From contig OZ245838.1 in assembly GCA_965228735.1 (NCBI GenBank), positions 3,840,001-3,904,000 on the forward strand: a stretch of 64,000 nucleotides of DNA, written 5' to 3'. Shown piece after piece: positions 9,555 to 22,151 of the stretch. The stretch is from Planctomycetota bacterium. GTDB taxonomy: Bacteria; Planctomycetota; UBA1135; UBA2386. How positions within the stretch are numbered: position 1 is the first letter of the stretch; each line of letters starts with the position of its first letter. The position numbers and the translations under genes were made by a program. The notes under the pieces were generated by a model, which worked only from the letters and a program-made list of their open reading frames with translations, did not search any database and was not told the DNA's origin.

Positions 9555-10430
9555 ATGCAGAACGCCAATCCCATCCTCGTCATCGCCGCCACGGGCAAGA
9601 CCGGCCGCCGCGTCGCCGACCGCCTCGAGGCGAGCGGCCACCCGGTCCGGCGCGGCTCCCGCACCGGCCCGACGCCGTTCGACTGGCACGACCGCACCAC
9701 GTGGGAACCGGCGCTCGCCGGCGCCCGCGCCGCCTACGTCGTCTACAGCCCGGACCTCGCCGTGCCCGCCGCGCCGGGTGCGATCCGCGCGTTCACCGCG
9801 CTGGCCCGCGACCTCGGCGTGGAGCGTCTCGTCCTGCTCTCCGGGCGAGGCGAGACCGAAGCCCAGCGCTGCGAGCGCATCGTCCAGGACTGCGGTCTGC
9901 AATGGACGATCGTGCGGGCGAGCTGGTTCGCGCAGAACTTCGACGAAGGCGCGTTCCGCGACCTCGTCGTCGCCGGCGAGGTCGCGCTGCCGGCCGCCAC
10001 GGTGCGCGAGCCGTTCATCGACGTCGAGGACATCGCGGAGATCGTCGTCGCCGCGCTGACCGACGACCGCCACGCCGAGAAGGTCTACGAGGTCACGGGC
10101 CCGCGCCTCATGACCTTCGCCGACGCCGTCGCCGCGATCGCCAGCGCGAGCGGGCGCGAGGTGCGCTACGTGCCGGTCCCGGCCTCGGAGTTCCGCGCCG
10201 GCCTCACGGCGGCCGGCATGCCGACGCCACAGGTCGAACTCCTCGACTACCTGTTCACGACGGTCCTCGACGGCCGCAACGAGTCCGTGACCGACGGCGT
10301 CGAACGCGCCCTCGGCCGCCCGGCCCGGGACTTCGCCGACTACGCCCGCACGGCGGCGGCGGGCGGCAGCTGGAACGCCACGCCCACGCCAACCGCGCGC
10401 GACCCGCGCAGCACGGAGGTCGTCGGATGA
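9555..10430 (+). CDS. NmrA-like NAD(P)H-binding protein
   Basis: ILVIAATGKTGRRV, RASWFAQNF, PFIDVEDIA; divergent from AraC. Confidence 0.88.
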   Translation: MQNANPILVIAATGKTGRRVADRLEASGHPVRRGSRTGPTPFDWHDRTTWEPALAGARAAYVVYSPDLAVPAAPGAIRAFTALARDLGVERLVLLSGRGETEAQRCERIVQDCGLQWTIVRASWFAQNFDEGAFRDLVVAGEVALPAATVREPFIDVEDIAEIVVAALTDDRHAEKVYEVTGPRLMTFADAVAAIASASGREVRYVPVPASEFRAGLTAAGMPTPQVELLDYLFTTVLDGRNESVTDGVERALGRPARDFADYARTAAAGGSWNATPTPTARDPRSTEVVG

Positions 10431-10900
10431 GCCCGGCCACCGAGCTCGCGCTGCTGCTGGCGACCGTCGGATCCGGCCTGACGGCCGGACTGTGCTTCGC
10501 CTTCGCCACGTTCATCATGCGGGCGCTCGACCGGCTCGGCCCGGCCGCTGCGATCCGCGCGATGCAGGCCATCAACGCCACGATCCTCCGATCCGTCGCC
10601 ATGGTGGTCTGGTTCGGCACGGCGATCGTCGGCGTCGCCGCCGCGGCACTCTCCGACTGGCAACCCCTGGCGATCACGGGCGCGGCATCCTATGCCGCCG
10701 GAGCCGTGCTCGTCACCGGGTTCGGCAACGTACCGCTCAACGAATGGCTCGACGGAGTCGACCCCGTCGCGCCCGATGCGGGCGCCGCATGGTCACGCTA
10801 CCTCGGCCGCTGGCAGCGCTGGAACGTCGCCCGGACCGCCGGGCTCGTGCTGGCCACCGCTACCTTCGCGCTCGTGATCCCGCCGTCAGCCGGGCAGTGA
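10427..10900 (+). CDS. DUF1772 / anthrone oxygenase family membrane protein
   Basis: AMQAIN, NVPLN, WQRWNVART; ATGA overlap with upstream gene. Confidence 0.85.
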   Translation: MSPATELALLLATVGSGLTAGLCFAFATFIMRALDRLGPAAAIRAMQAINATILRSVAMVVWFGTAIVGVAAAALSDWQPLAITGAASYAAGAVLVTGFGNVPLNEWLDGVDPVAPDAGAAWSRYLGRWQRWNVARTAGLVLATATFALVIPPSAGQ

Positions 10901-10964
10901 CAGGCGGCGTGAGCACCGCAGGACCACTCACGTTAAAACTCGCAATCGCAACCCACCGAGAAGC

Positions 10965-12278
10965 ATGCGGACCCTCTCTCTCCTGGCCCTCTTCGCCCTC
11001 GCCGCCTGCGGCTGGCCCGCGCGGGCCGCCTACATCCTCGAGCCGCGGGGGCGCGTCGTGCCCATCGAAGGCTTCGAGGACGTGCGCGCCGTCGACGGCT
11101 ACCGCAGCGCTGCGTTCCAGCGCAGCTTCGACGAGGTCGCGCTGCGCGCCGCCGCTCGCGCCAAGGACCGTGACGCCGACAGCGGCAAGCCGCAGGTGAA
11201 CATGCTCGTGCTGAGCTCGGGCGGCGTGAACGGCGCGTTCGGCGCGGGCATCCTCACCGAGTGGACGCAGCGCGGCGACCGGCCGGAGTTCGATCTCGTG
11301 ACGGGCGTCAGTGTCGGCTCGCTGATCGCCCCGTTCGCGTTCGCCGGTCCCGAGTTCGACGGCCGCATCGAGCAGCTGTTCCGCCGGATCGACCCGACCG
11401 ACCTGCACCGCGAGAAGGGCCTGATCACGTCCGTGATGTGGGACGAGTCGCTGATGGACAACCGTCGCCTGCGCGGTTCGATCGAACGCGGTGTCGACCA
11501 GGAGCTCATCGAGGCCGTCGCCGACCGCCACGAAACGGGCGGCCGCTGCTACGTCGGCACGACGAATCTCGACATGGGCGAGTTCGTCATCTGGGACATC
11601 GGCGCGATCGCCACGCGGCGCAACGAGGCCGCGGTCGAGCTCATCCGCAAGGTGCTCACCGCGTCGGCGTCGATCCCGGTCGTCTACCCGCCGGTGCGCT
11701 TCGAGCACGGTCAGCGCGACGAGCTGCACGTCGATGGCGCGGTGATGCGGCCGCTGTTCCTGCCAGAGAGCGTCTACGACTGCCACGTCTCGGCGACGAA
11801 CGCGGGCATCGACTGGCACGACTTCGATGTCACGACGTACGTGATCCACAACGGGTCGCTGCGGTCGCGGCCCGTGCACGTGCAGCGCGACACGCTCGGC
11901 ATCGCAACGCGCACCGTGACGATGATGAGCTACACGATGGTCGCCGACCACGTGCTGCACCTGTTCATGCTGACCCGCGTCTGGAACGCGAACTTCCGCT
12001 TCCTGACGATGCCCGACGGACTCGAGCTCGACATCAGCGAGTTCACGGCCAACGACACCGAACGGCTCTACCTGCTCGGCCAGGGCATGATCCGCGAGGA
12101 GCACCCGTGGCAGGACCGGCCGCCGGGCTACGTCGCCAACAATCAGCTGCGCAACCTCGACGTGAACGGCAACGCCTTGTCCGCGGTGAGCGCAGCGCGG
12201 CCCGACCGCCTGACGCAGATCGTCGACGAGCTGCGCGCGCTGCGCGCCGAGGTTCGCGAGCTCCGCCAACAACGCTGA
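10965..12278 (+). CDS. Patatin-like phospholipase lipoprotein (copy 1)
   Basis: Lipobox LAAC; SSGGVNGAFGAG, GVSVG nucleophile, HVDGA. Confidence 0.88.
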   Translation: MRTLSLLALFALAACGWPARAAYILEPRGRVVPIEGFEDVRAVDGYRSAAFQRSFDEVALRAAARAKDRDADSGKPQVNMLVLSSGGVNGAFGAGILTEWTQRGDRPEFDLVTGVSVGSLIAPFAFAGPEFDGRIEQLFRRIDPTDLHREKGLITSVMWDESLMDNRRLRGSIERGVDQELIEAVADRHETGGRCYVGTTNLDMGEFVIWDIGAIATRRNEAAVELIRKVLTASASIPVVYPPVRFEHGQRDELHVDGAVMRPLFLPESVYDCHVSATNAGIDWHDFDVTTYVIHNGSLRSRPVHVQRDTLGIATRTVTMMSYTMVADHVLHLFMLTRVWNANFRFLTMPDGLELDISEFTANDTERLYLLGQGMIREEHPWQDRPPGYVANNQLRNLDVNGNALSAVSAARPDRLTQIVDELRALRAEVRELRQQR

Positions 12279-12321
12279 GCCGGGCTGCGGCGTTCGGCGC
12301 CGCGCCCCGTATCCTGCGTGC

Positions 12322-13368
12322 ATGACGCTCTCCGGCAGGATCGCCCTCGTCGCCGGCGCCACGCGCGGCGCGGGTCGCGGCATCGCGACCGCGCTCGGCG
12401 AAGCCGGCGCGGTCGTGTACTGCTCCGGGCGGTCCTCCCGCTCGGGCGACGTGGCTTCCCGCTCGGGCACCGTGGCCTCCGGCTCGGACCCGACGCGCCC
12501 CGAGACGATCGAAGAGACGGCGGAGCTCGTCACTGCGGCCGGCGGCACGGGCATCGCGGTTCCGACGGACCACACGCACGAAGCCGCGGTCGTCGAGCTG
12601 GTCACCCGAGTCGCCAACGACCACGGGCGACTCGACATCCTCGTGAACGACATCTGGGGCGGCGACGCTCTCACCGAGTGGGGCAAACCGTTCTGGGAGG
12701 TCGACGTGCAGCAGGGCTTCGCGATGCTCGAACGCGCCGTGCACACGCACGTGATCACGAGCCGGCACGGTGTGCCGCTCATGCTCGAACGCGACGTCGA
12801 ACAGCACGGCGAGGGCCTCGTCGTCGAGGTGACGGACGGCGCGTTCGCCGGCTATCGCGGCCAGCTGTTCTACGATCTCTGCAAGGCTTCGGTCATGCGC
12901 CTCGCCTACGCGATGGCGACCGAGCTGCGCGACCGCCCCGCGACTTCGCTCGCGATCACGCCGGGCTTCCTGCGTTCGGAAGCGGTGCTCGCGCACTTCG
13001 GCGTGTCGGAGGACAACTGGCGCGACGCGATCCGAAAGGACCCGCACTTCGCAGCGTCCGAGACCCCGCGACTCGTCGGCCGCGCGATCGCAGCGCTCGC
13101 CGCCGACCGCGAGGTGCGACGGTTCGCCGGCCGGACGCTCACGTGCTGGGACGTGACGCGCGAGTACGACCTGCGCGACGTCGACGGTCGCCAACCACAT
13201 TGGGAGGAGCATCTCGACCGCGCGATCGAGGCGACGCTCGCGAGCACCGCGCCGAGCGCGGACGAGCTCATGGTGCTGCAGTTCCGCCTGCCCCAGCTCG
13301 ACTTCGACGCGGCTCGCGCGGACCAGCGCGCCCGGATCGCCGCGTTCCTCGAACGGTACTCCGGCTGA
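12322..13368 (+). CDS. SDR family oxidoreductase
   Basis: [18 protein letters not shown] (YxxxK), [10 protein letters not shown]. Confidence 0.88.
   Translation: MTLSGRIALVAGATRGAGRGIATALGEAGAVVYCSGRSSRSGDVASRSGTVASGSDPTRPETIEETAELVTAAGGTGIAVPTDHTHEAAVVELVTRVANDHGRLDILVNDIWGGDALTEWGKPFWEVDVQQGFAMLERAVHTHVITSRHGVPLMLERDVEQHGEGLVVEVTDGAFAGYRGQLFYDLCKASVMRLAYAMATELRDRPATSLAITPGFLRSEAVLAHFGVSEDNWRDAIRKDPHFAASETPRLVGRAIAALAADREVRRFAGRTLTCWDVTREYDLRDVDGRQPHWEEHLDRAIEATLASTAPSADELMVLQFRLPQLDFDAARADQRARIAAFLERYSG
12436..12487 (+). repeat. In-frame 21-bp tandem duplication (~2.5 copies) inside the SDR gene
   Basis: tcccgctcgggcgacgtggct / tcccgctcgggcaccgtggcc / tccggctcgg. Confidence 0.7.
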
Positions 13369-13416
13369 CTGCCCCCTCCCAGGCGGCGGGGCGGCCCCGA
13401 CCTGGGGACCCGCGCC

Positions 13417-13462
13417 GGGAATCCGGGCTGGGGAATCCGGGCTGGGGAATCCGGGCTGGGGA
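13417..13462 (+). repeat. 14-bp tandem repeat x3 (GGGAATCCGGGCTG)
   Basis: Three perfect copies plus a partial one, intergenic. Confidence 0.9.
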
Positions 13463-13593
13463 GCTGGGACCAGGCCGGATCCACGCGAGATGGACCCGGG
13501 GTCCGCCAGGATTCGCGAATCCGGACTCCCCACCGCCAACGAAGGTTCCGGACAAGTCCGCACTGCGATCTTTTTCTGTTATGAAACTGATTC

Positions 13594-13622
13594 TTGATTC
13601 TATCTATGATCTGATCGATACT
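13594..13622 (+). promoter_or_regulatory. Sigma70-type promoter for furA-katG within an AT-rich patch (probable Fur-family operator)
   Basis: TTGATT-N17-GATACT, 6 nt before GTG 13629. Confidence 0.7.
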
Positions 13623-13628
13623 GCTCCC

Positions 13629-14051
13629 GTGACGACCCCAGCCGAACGCCTCCGGGACCGTGGTCTGCAGGTGACCGCCCAGCGCCTCGCAGTGCTGCGC
13701 GCGGTGACCGCGCACCCACACGCGACCGCCGACCGCATCGCCGAGGCGGTGCGCGACGAGATCGGCGCGATCTCGCGCCAGGCCGTCTACGACGCGCTGC
13801 GGGTGATGACGAGCAAGGAGCTCGTGCGCAGCGTGCAACCCGCCGGCTCGCCGACGCTCTACGACCCCCGGGTCGGCGACAACCACCATCACGTGATCTG
13901 CCGCACCTGCGGCAAGACGACCGACGTCGACTGCGCGGTCGGCCACGCGCCGTGCCTCACGGCCGCCGAGACCGACTACGTGGTCGACGAAGCCGAGGTC
14001 GTCTACTGGGGCACGTGCCCCGCATGTCTCGCGCAACGCTCGCAGGAGTAG
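13629..14051 (+). CDS. furA: Fur family peroxide-responsive regulator (FurA/PerR-like)
   Basis: [53 protein letters not shown]; immediately upstream of katG. Confidence 0.88.
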   Translation: MTTPAERLRDRGLQVTAQRLAVLRAVTAHPHATADRIAEAVRDEIGAISRQAVYDALRVMTSKELVRSVQPAGSPTLYDPRVGDNHHHVICRTCGKTTDVDCAVGHAPCLTAAETDYVVDEAEVVYWGTCPACLAQRSQE

Positions 14052-16550
<2,499 letters not shown>

Positions 16551-16570
16551 ACGCCGCGACTGACGCGCAA

Positions 16571-16598
16571 CGGACGGGCTCGATCGCGAGCCCGTCCG
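16571..16598 (+). terminator. Perfect 12-bp stem hairpin after katG
   Basis: cggacgggctcg-atcg-cgagcccgtccg; no U-tract. Confidence 0.5.
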
Positions 16599-16614
16599 CC
16601 GTAGGATGCGCGCG

Positions 16615-17751
16615 ATGTCGCGCGGCCTCGGACTGACCTGCCTGCTCGTGCTCGGCGGGTGCCAGGCCCTCGAGCCGACGCCGCTCGTGCCGCCAGCGCC
16701 GGCGCCGAGCTCGAACGAGGGCACCCAGGACCCGGCGCCGTTCACGCCGCCCCCGCCGAGCGCCGACGAGGCCGACTGGGTCCGCCTGACCTCGGGCGAG
16801 TGGCTCCGCGGCCAACTGCTCGTGCTGCGCTCGGGCACGCTCGAGTTCGACAGCGACAAGCTCGGCACCGTCGACCTCGACTGGGACGACATCGCCGAGC
16901 TCCGCGTCCCGCACACGGTGACGCTCGGGTTCGGCGATCGCGCGACGGCTGCTGGTGTCGCGCTGCAGCTCGATGACGAGTCGCTCGTGCTGCGGCACCG
17001 AGGCGATCGCCGACCGAGCACGTTCTCGCGCGATGCGGTGATGTCGATCGTCCCGGGGCGCGGTGACGACGCGTGCTACTGGGACGGGAAGATCACGTTC
17101 GGCGCAACCCGGCGCGCGGGCAACACGGAGTCGATCGACGTCTCGAGCCTCGCCTACGTCCGCCGGGAGACGCCGAGCACGCGCTTCGAAGCCAACTACA
17201 ACGGCGCATACAGCGAGATCGACGATCGCGAGACGGCCGACAACCACCGCGCCGACGGGCAGTACGACGTCTTCGTGACCGAACGCTTCTTCACCGCGAC
17301 GCTGTTGCGCTACGAACGCGACGAGTTCCAGAACCAGCGCAACCGGCTGACCGCGAGCGCGGGCTTCGGCTACGACATCGCGGAGACCGGCGACGTCGAC
17401 TGGAGCCTCGAGGCCGGACTCGGCTACCAGTACACGGAGTTCGATTCCGCGCTCGCCGGGCGAGCGGACAGCGAGGACACGGCCATCGCGACGCTCGGCA
17501 GCGTGCTCGAATGGGATCTCACCTCGGACATCGACCTGCGCCTGAAGTACGAGGCCACGGTCCCGCTGCCGCGCTCGCACTCGTACAACCACCAGGCCTC
17601 CGCCGTGCTCGCGATCGACCTCGTCGCGGACTTCGACCTCGACCTCACGGTGATCTGGGATCGGGAAGGTCGCCCGACGGCGGGCGCGACCGGCGCGACG
17701 CCCGAGAAGGACGACTACCGGTTCGTCATCGGGCTCGGCTACACGTTTTGA
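16615..17751 (+). CDS. DUF481 outer-membrane beta-barrel protein
   Basis: DWVRLTSGEWLRG, alternating beta strands, C-terminal GLGYTF. Confidence 0.82.
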   Translation: MSRGLGLTCLLVLGGCQALEPTPLVPPAPAPSSNEGTQDPAPFTPPPPSADEADWVRLTSGEWLRGQLLVLRSGTLEFDSDKLGTVDLDWDDIAELRVPHTVTLGFGDRATAAGVALQLDDESLVLRHRGDRRPSTFSRDAVMSIVPGRGDDACYWDGKITFGATRRAGNTESIDVSSLAYVRRETPSTRFEANYNGAYSEIDDRETADNHRADGQYDVFVTERFFTATLLRYERDEFQNQRNRLTASAGFGYDIAETGDVDWSLEAGLGYQYTEFDSALAGRADSEDTAIATLGSVLEWDLTSDIDLRLKYEATVPLPRSHSYNHQASAVLAIDLVADFDLDLTVIWDREGRPTAGATGATPEKDDYRFVIGLGYTF

Positions 17752-17785
17752 GGCCGCCCCCGAACGGGTCGCGATTCGCTACCCT

Positions 17786-17929
17786 GTGACCCTATTCCCA
17801 CCGCCAGCGGAGCTCAACGGCCTCGGCCAGGGCGGCCTCGTGCCGAACGACTCGTTCTTCGCGTCGACGATCGACGTCGTGACGCCGTACGGCTGCGCCA
17901 CCACGGGCATGCTGACCTACACGCCGTAG
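17786..17929 (+). CDS. Possible 47-aa small ORF or gene remnant
   Basis: MTLFPPPAELNGLGQGGLVPNDSFFASTIDVVTPYGCATTGMLTYTP with host-like C/G-ending codons. Confidence 0.3.
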   Translation: MTLFPPPAELNGLGQGGLVPNDSFFASTIDVVTPYGCATTGMLTYTP

Positions 17930-18387
17930 CGCGGCAGATCGGGTCGCGCCCGATGCTCGAAGATCAGTGACGTCTCGACGTGACTGACCTCGGGCCGTGA
18001 CGTCAGATAGTCGGCGGCGAGCTCGCGCAGCTGATCGGCGTCCCGCACCGCGACGTGCAGCAGGAAGTCGGTGCGGCCCGCGAGGTAGAAGGTCGCGATC
18101 ACCGCGGGGTGCGCGAGGAAGTACTCCTGCAGGGTCGCGACGATGCCCGCGGAGTGGTGCTCGAGCTGCACGGCGATCATCGCCTGCAGACCGATGCCGA
18201 GCGCCTTCGGATCGACCCGGGCGTGGAAGCCCGTGAGCACGCCGTCCTGCCGCAGACGCCGCACGCGTTCGAGGCAGCTCGACGGCGCGAGGTGGACCTG
18301 CTGGGCCAGTTCCTTGTTGGACAGCCGAGCATCGTTCTGCAGGGCGTCGATGATGGCGAAGTCCGTTCGGTCGAGGTCGCGTTTCAC
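17917..18387 (-). CDS. Lrp/AsnC family transcriptional regulator
   Basis: LDRTDFAIIDALQNDARLSNKELA..SSCLERVRRL. Confidence 0.92.
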   Translation of the reverse strand: MKRDLDRTDFAIIDALQNDARLSNKELAQQVHLAPSSCLERVRRLRQDGVLTGFHARVDPKALGIGLQAMIAVQLEHHSAGIVATLQEYFLAHPAVIATFYLAGRTDFLLHVAVRDADQLRELAADYLTSRPEVSHVETSLIFEHRARPDLPRYGV

Positions 18388-18495
18388 GGAAGTCTTCCGG
18401 AGAGAATTCGGCGTGCTCGGACGCTCCCGCGGCCGAAGATGCTCCTCAACATCAGACCCGAACATCGTTCCGCTGACAAGACGCCCAACCGAACA

Positions 18496-19776
18496 ATGAA
18501 CGTTCTCGCCTCCGCGCTTCCGACGCCAACGGTGCCTCCGGCCGCCCGGAACCCGGCCTCCGGCACCCCGGACCTGGCGGCAGTGATCGCGTTCCTCGAC
18601 GCGCTCGCGGTCGCCCTGCACCGCTTCGGCGCGCCATCGCATCGCATCGAGCCCCTGCTCTCGCAGGTCGCCGACCGCCTCGCCGTGCGCGGCGAGTTCT
18701 TCGTCGAGCCGACCGCGATCCACCTCGCTCTGCACACCGACGCGGGCACGCTGTCGCGCTTCTCGCGCGTCGAGCCGGGGCAGGACGACCTCGAGCGCCT
18801 GGCCGAGCTCGACGCGCTGACACTCGCGTTGATCGACGGCGAGATGTCACTCGCCGCGGCGAACGTTCGACTCGAAGCGATCCTCGCGCGGCCGCCGCGG
18901 TACGGCGCCGCGGTCGAAGCGGCCGGCTTCGCCCTGGCGTCGAGTTCGGCAGCGGTGTTCTTCGGCGGCGGTCCGGCCGAGTGCACGGCGGCTGGCCTCG
19001 GCGCGGTCGGGATCGCGTTGCTCGGGCGCTGGTCGGCGCGGCACCCGCGCGTCACACCGATCTTCGAGGGGCTCGCGGCGTTCGCGCTCGCGGCCATGAT
19101 CACGATCACCGCTGCGTTCGTGCCGCTCGCGCCCGACCTAGCCGTGCTCGCGGGGCTGATCATCCTGATCCCCGGCCTGCGACTCACCGTCGCGGTCTCG
19201 GAGATGGCGACGGGCCACCTGTCGGCCGGCGTCGCGCGACTCGCGTCGACGGCGGTGTCGTTCGGTGCACTCGGGTTCGGCGCGTTGCTCGCGACGCGGC
19301 TCGTGAACGGCGTGTTCGCCGAACGGCTCGCCACGGTGGCGACACCGGTCGTGCTGCCGCCGGTCTCGACGTGGATCGCGCTCGCGGTTGCGCCGATCGG
19401 CTTCGCCGTTCTGCTCCGCGCCGCGCGCCGCGACCTGCTCGTCATCCTGCTCACCGCGCCGCTCGGGTTCCTCGCCGCGCGCCTCAGCGGCGCCGCGCTC
19501 GGCACCGACCTCGCTCCGCTCGTGGGCGCGTTCACGATGACCGCCGTGAGCAACGCGCTGGCGCGCTGGCGCGAGCGACCGGCCAGCGTGACGCTCGTGC
19601 CCGGCTTCCTGCTGCTCGTGCCGGGCAGCATCGGCTTCCGCAGTCTCGCGACGCTGCTGTCGAACGACGTCGTCCTCGGCGTCGCGACCGCGGTCGAGAT
19701 GCTCACCGTCGCCGCCGGGCTCGTCGGGGGCATGCTGCTCGCGAACGTGCTCGTGCCGGCGCGCCGGGCGCTGTGA
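18496..19776 (+). CDS. Threonine/serine exporter (ThrE) family
   Basis: LHRFGAPSHRIE, LIPGLRLT, LLVPGSIG; many TM helices; divergent from Lrp. Confidence 0.88.
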   Translation: MNVLASALPTPTVPPAARNPASGTPDLAAVIAFLDALAVALHRFGAPSHRIEPLLSQVADRLAVRGEFFVEPTAIHLALHTDAGTLSRFSRVEPGQDDLERLAELDALTLALIDGEMSLAAANVRLEAILARPPRYGAAVEAAGFALASSSAAVFFGGGPAECTAAGLGAVGIALLGRWSARHPRVTPIFEGLAAFALAAMITITAAFVPLAPDLAVLAGLIILIPGLRLTVAVSEMATGHLSAGVARLASTAVSFGALGFGALLATRLVNGVFAERLATVATPVVLPPVSTWIALAVAPIGFAVLLRAARRDLLVILLTAPLGFLAARLSGAALGTDLAPLVGAFTMTAVSNALARWRERPASVTLVPGFLLLVPGSIGFRSLATLLSNDVVLGVATAVEMLTVAAGLVGGMLLANVLVPARRAL

Positions 19777-19840
19777 GACGAAGATGCCGGGTTCGGGACG
19801 TTCACGTCGGTCTCGTGGTCCCTGGCACTAGACTCGGGGG

Positions 19841-21208
19841 ATGCTGCGCCCCGTCGTCGTTCTGGTGTTCGGTCTCGTGGCCGTGCGCTCGCAGGAGGAG
19901 AGCGGACGGCCGCCGAACGTGCTGCTCGTGATGACCGACGATCAGGGCTGGGGCGACGTCGGGTTTCGCGGCCACCCGCGATTGCGCACGCCGCACCTCG
20001 ACGCGATGGCGAAGGCAGGGCTCGTGTTCGATCGCTTCTACGCGGCCGCACCCGTGTGCTCGCCGACGCGCGCGAGCGTGCTGACCGGCCGCCACCCCAT
20101 GCGGCTCGGGGTCCCGGGCGCGAACTCGGGGCACCTGCCGCGCGCCGAGACGACGCTCGCGGAGTTGCTGCGCGCCCGCGGCTATCGCACCGGCTTCTTC
20201 GGCAAGTGGCACCTCGGCACGCTCACGACGACGCGGAAGGACAGCAACCGCGGCGGACGGCCGCAGCACGAGAAGCACTACACGACGCCGGCCGACCATG
20301 GCTTCGACGAGTGGTTCGCGACCGAGGCCAAGGTCCCGACGTTCGACCCGATGCTGCAGCCGGGCACGAAGATGCCCTACGGCACGGCCTACTGGAACGG
20401 CGACGAATCACCGGTCTCGGAGAACCTCGAGGGCGACGACTCGCGCGTGATCGTCGATCGCGCAGCCGCGTTCGTGCAAGAGACCGCGGCTGCCGGATCA
20501 CCGTTCTTCGCCGTCGTCTGGCTGCACTCCCCGCACCTGCCGATCGTCGCCGACCCGAACTTCGTGCCCGACTACGCCGACGTCGAGAACGCGACGCTGC
20601 GCGAATACTACGCCTGCGTGAGCGCGCTCGACGCGCAGATCGGTCGGCTGCGCGCGTTGCTCACCGAGATCGACGCGGCGGACAACACGATCACGTGGTT
20701 CTGCAGCGACAACGGGCCGGAGGGCCAGGCAGGCCGCGGCCCCGGCAGCGCCGGACCGCTGCGCGGCCGGAAGCGCCACCTCTACGAAGGCGGTGTTCGC
20801 GTTCCCGGGGTCGTGACCTGGCCGGAGCGGATCGCGGCAGGATCGAACACCGCGGTGCCGTGCGTCACGAGCGACATCCTGCCGACGATCGCAGCGCTCA
20901 CGGGTTGCGAGTTGCCGGCCGACGTCGAGCTCGACGGGCGCGACGTCGCCGCGGTGCTGACCGGCGATGCGGACAGTCGTGGCGCGGCGATCGGGTTCTG
21001 GTCGCGCAAACGGTGCGCGTGGACCGGCGATCGCTGGAAGATCTTCAGCCCGGACGACGGTGCGACGTGGCAGCTCTTCGACCTGCAGAACGACATCGGC
21101 GAGCGCTCCGATCGCGCGAGCGCGCACCCCGAACGGGTCGCCGAGCTGGCGCAGGCGTTCGAGGCGTGGCGCGCCAGCGTGCGCGCCGAGCCGCGCGGGC
21201 CGCGGTGA
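19841..21208 (+). CDS. Sulfatase (formylglycine-dependent)
   Basis: DDQG, CSPTR, GKWHLG, SDNG. Confidence 0.92.
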   Translation: MLRPVVVLVFGLVAVRSQEESGRPPNVLLVMTDDQGWGDVGFRGHPRLRTPHLDAMAKAGLVFDRFYAAAPVCSPTRASVLTGRHPMRLGVPGANSGHLPRAETTLAELLRARGYRTGFFGKWHLGTLTTTRKDSNRGGRPQHEKHYTTPADHGFDEWFATEAKVPTFDPMLQPGTKMPYGTAYWNGDESPVSENLEGDDSRVIVDRAAAFVQETAAAGSPFFAVVWLHSPHLPIVADPNFVPDYADVENATLREYYACVSALDAQIGRLRALLTEIDAADNTITWFCSDNGPEGQAGRGPGSAGPLRGRKRHLYEGGVRVPGVVTWPERIAAGSNTAVPCVTSDILPTIAALTGCELPADVELDGRDVAAVLTGDADSRGAAIGFWSRKRCAWTGDRWKIFSPDDGATWQLFDLQNDIGERSDRASAHPERVAELAQAFEAWRASVRAEPRGPR

Positions 21209-21211
21209 CGG

Positions 21212-22036
21212 TCAGCGCTTCAACCCGATCGCGATGCTCGACAGGATGACGCCGCTGGCGATCAGCAACCGCGTCGTCAGCTCTTCGTCGAGCAGCCAGA
21301 TGCCGAGGGCCGCGGCGATGACGGGCACCGCGAGTTGCACGAACGCCGCGCGCGTCGCCGTGAGGTGCGCCAGCGCGCGATACCAGATCGCGTAGCCGAG
21401 ACCCGAGGTGAGCGCTCCCGAGATCGCGGCGAGCAGCGCGCCGCGCCCCGTGATCGCGGTCCACGGCAACGCAGCGACGAACGCGACACCGGCGAGCAAC
21501 GCTGCCCGCGCGAACGCGGCCGCCGTCGTCGAGAGCGGCGGACCGGCCTTGCGGCCGGCGAGCGAGTAGAGGCCCCAACCGAGTGCGGCCGCGAGCATGA
21601 GAACGGCGCCGATCGGATCCGGCGCGCTGAGCCCCGGCAGCACGAGATAGACCACGCCACCGATCGCGCCGAGCACGGCCACCCATTCGCCGAGGCGCGG
21701 CCGTTCGCCAGCGCGCAGTCCGACCAGCAGCATCGTGAGCTGCACGCCGCCGAACAGCAGCAACGCGCCCACCCCCGTCGGGAGGTCGACGTAGGCCAGG
21801 GAGAACGGCAACGCATAGAGCAGCAGCCAGGACGCGCGAAGCCAGTCGCCACGGCCGTCGCGCGGCGCCGCACCCCGTCGGCGCCGAACGAGGAGTGCGA
21901 GCACGAGCGCACCGGCCACGAGCCGGATCGCGGTGAACGACCACGGGTCGATCGCCGACTCGGCCAAGGCCAACCGACAGAGCAGCGAGTTGGCGGCGAA
22001 CGCGACGAGCGCGGCAACGGTGAGAAGAACGGGCAC
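21212..22036 (-). CDS. DMT/EamA family transporter
   Basis: AFAANSLLCRLAL, SGLGYAIWY, QLAVPVIA. Confidence 0.88.
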   Translation of the reverse strand: MPVLLTVAALVAFAANSLLCRLALAESAIDPWSFTAIRLVAGALVLALLVRRRRGAAPRDGRGDWLRASWLLLYALPFSLAYVDLPTGVGALLLFGGVQLTMLLVGLRAGERPRLGEWVAVLGAIGGVVYLVLPGLSAPDPIGAVLMLAAALGWGLYSLAGRKAGPPLSTTAAAFARAALLAGVAFVAALPWTAITGRGALLAAISGALTSGLGYAIWYRALAHLTATRAAFVQLAVPVIAAALGIWLLDEELTTRLLIASGVILSSIAIGLKR

Positions 22037-22043
22037 GATCAGC

Positions 22044-22071
22044 GCGGTGTCATTCGAGCGGTATCATTCGA
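22044..22071. repeat. 14-bp direct repeat x2 just upstream of the DMT gene
   Basis: gcggtgtcattcga / gcggtatcattcga. Confidence 0.6.
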
Positions 22072-22151
22072 GCATGTCCGCGACGCCGGCCGTGAGTCCG
22101 GCAGCAGCCGGGGCGCGACAATCCGGGCATGGGTTCCTCGTCACAGCGACC

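Noticed and set aside
10965..12278. Patatin as a CBASS effector
   Set aside because: Lipoprotein signal and no CD-NTase nearby.
13417..13462. Tandem repeats here and at 47282-47340 as CRISPR arrays
   Set aside because: Units are 14-15 bp, contiguous and lack spacers; no cas genes.
12318..14051. 577-aa ORF ending in a Fur domain
   Set aside because: Off-frame extension over the SDR; promoter position supports GTG 13629.
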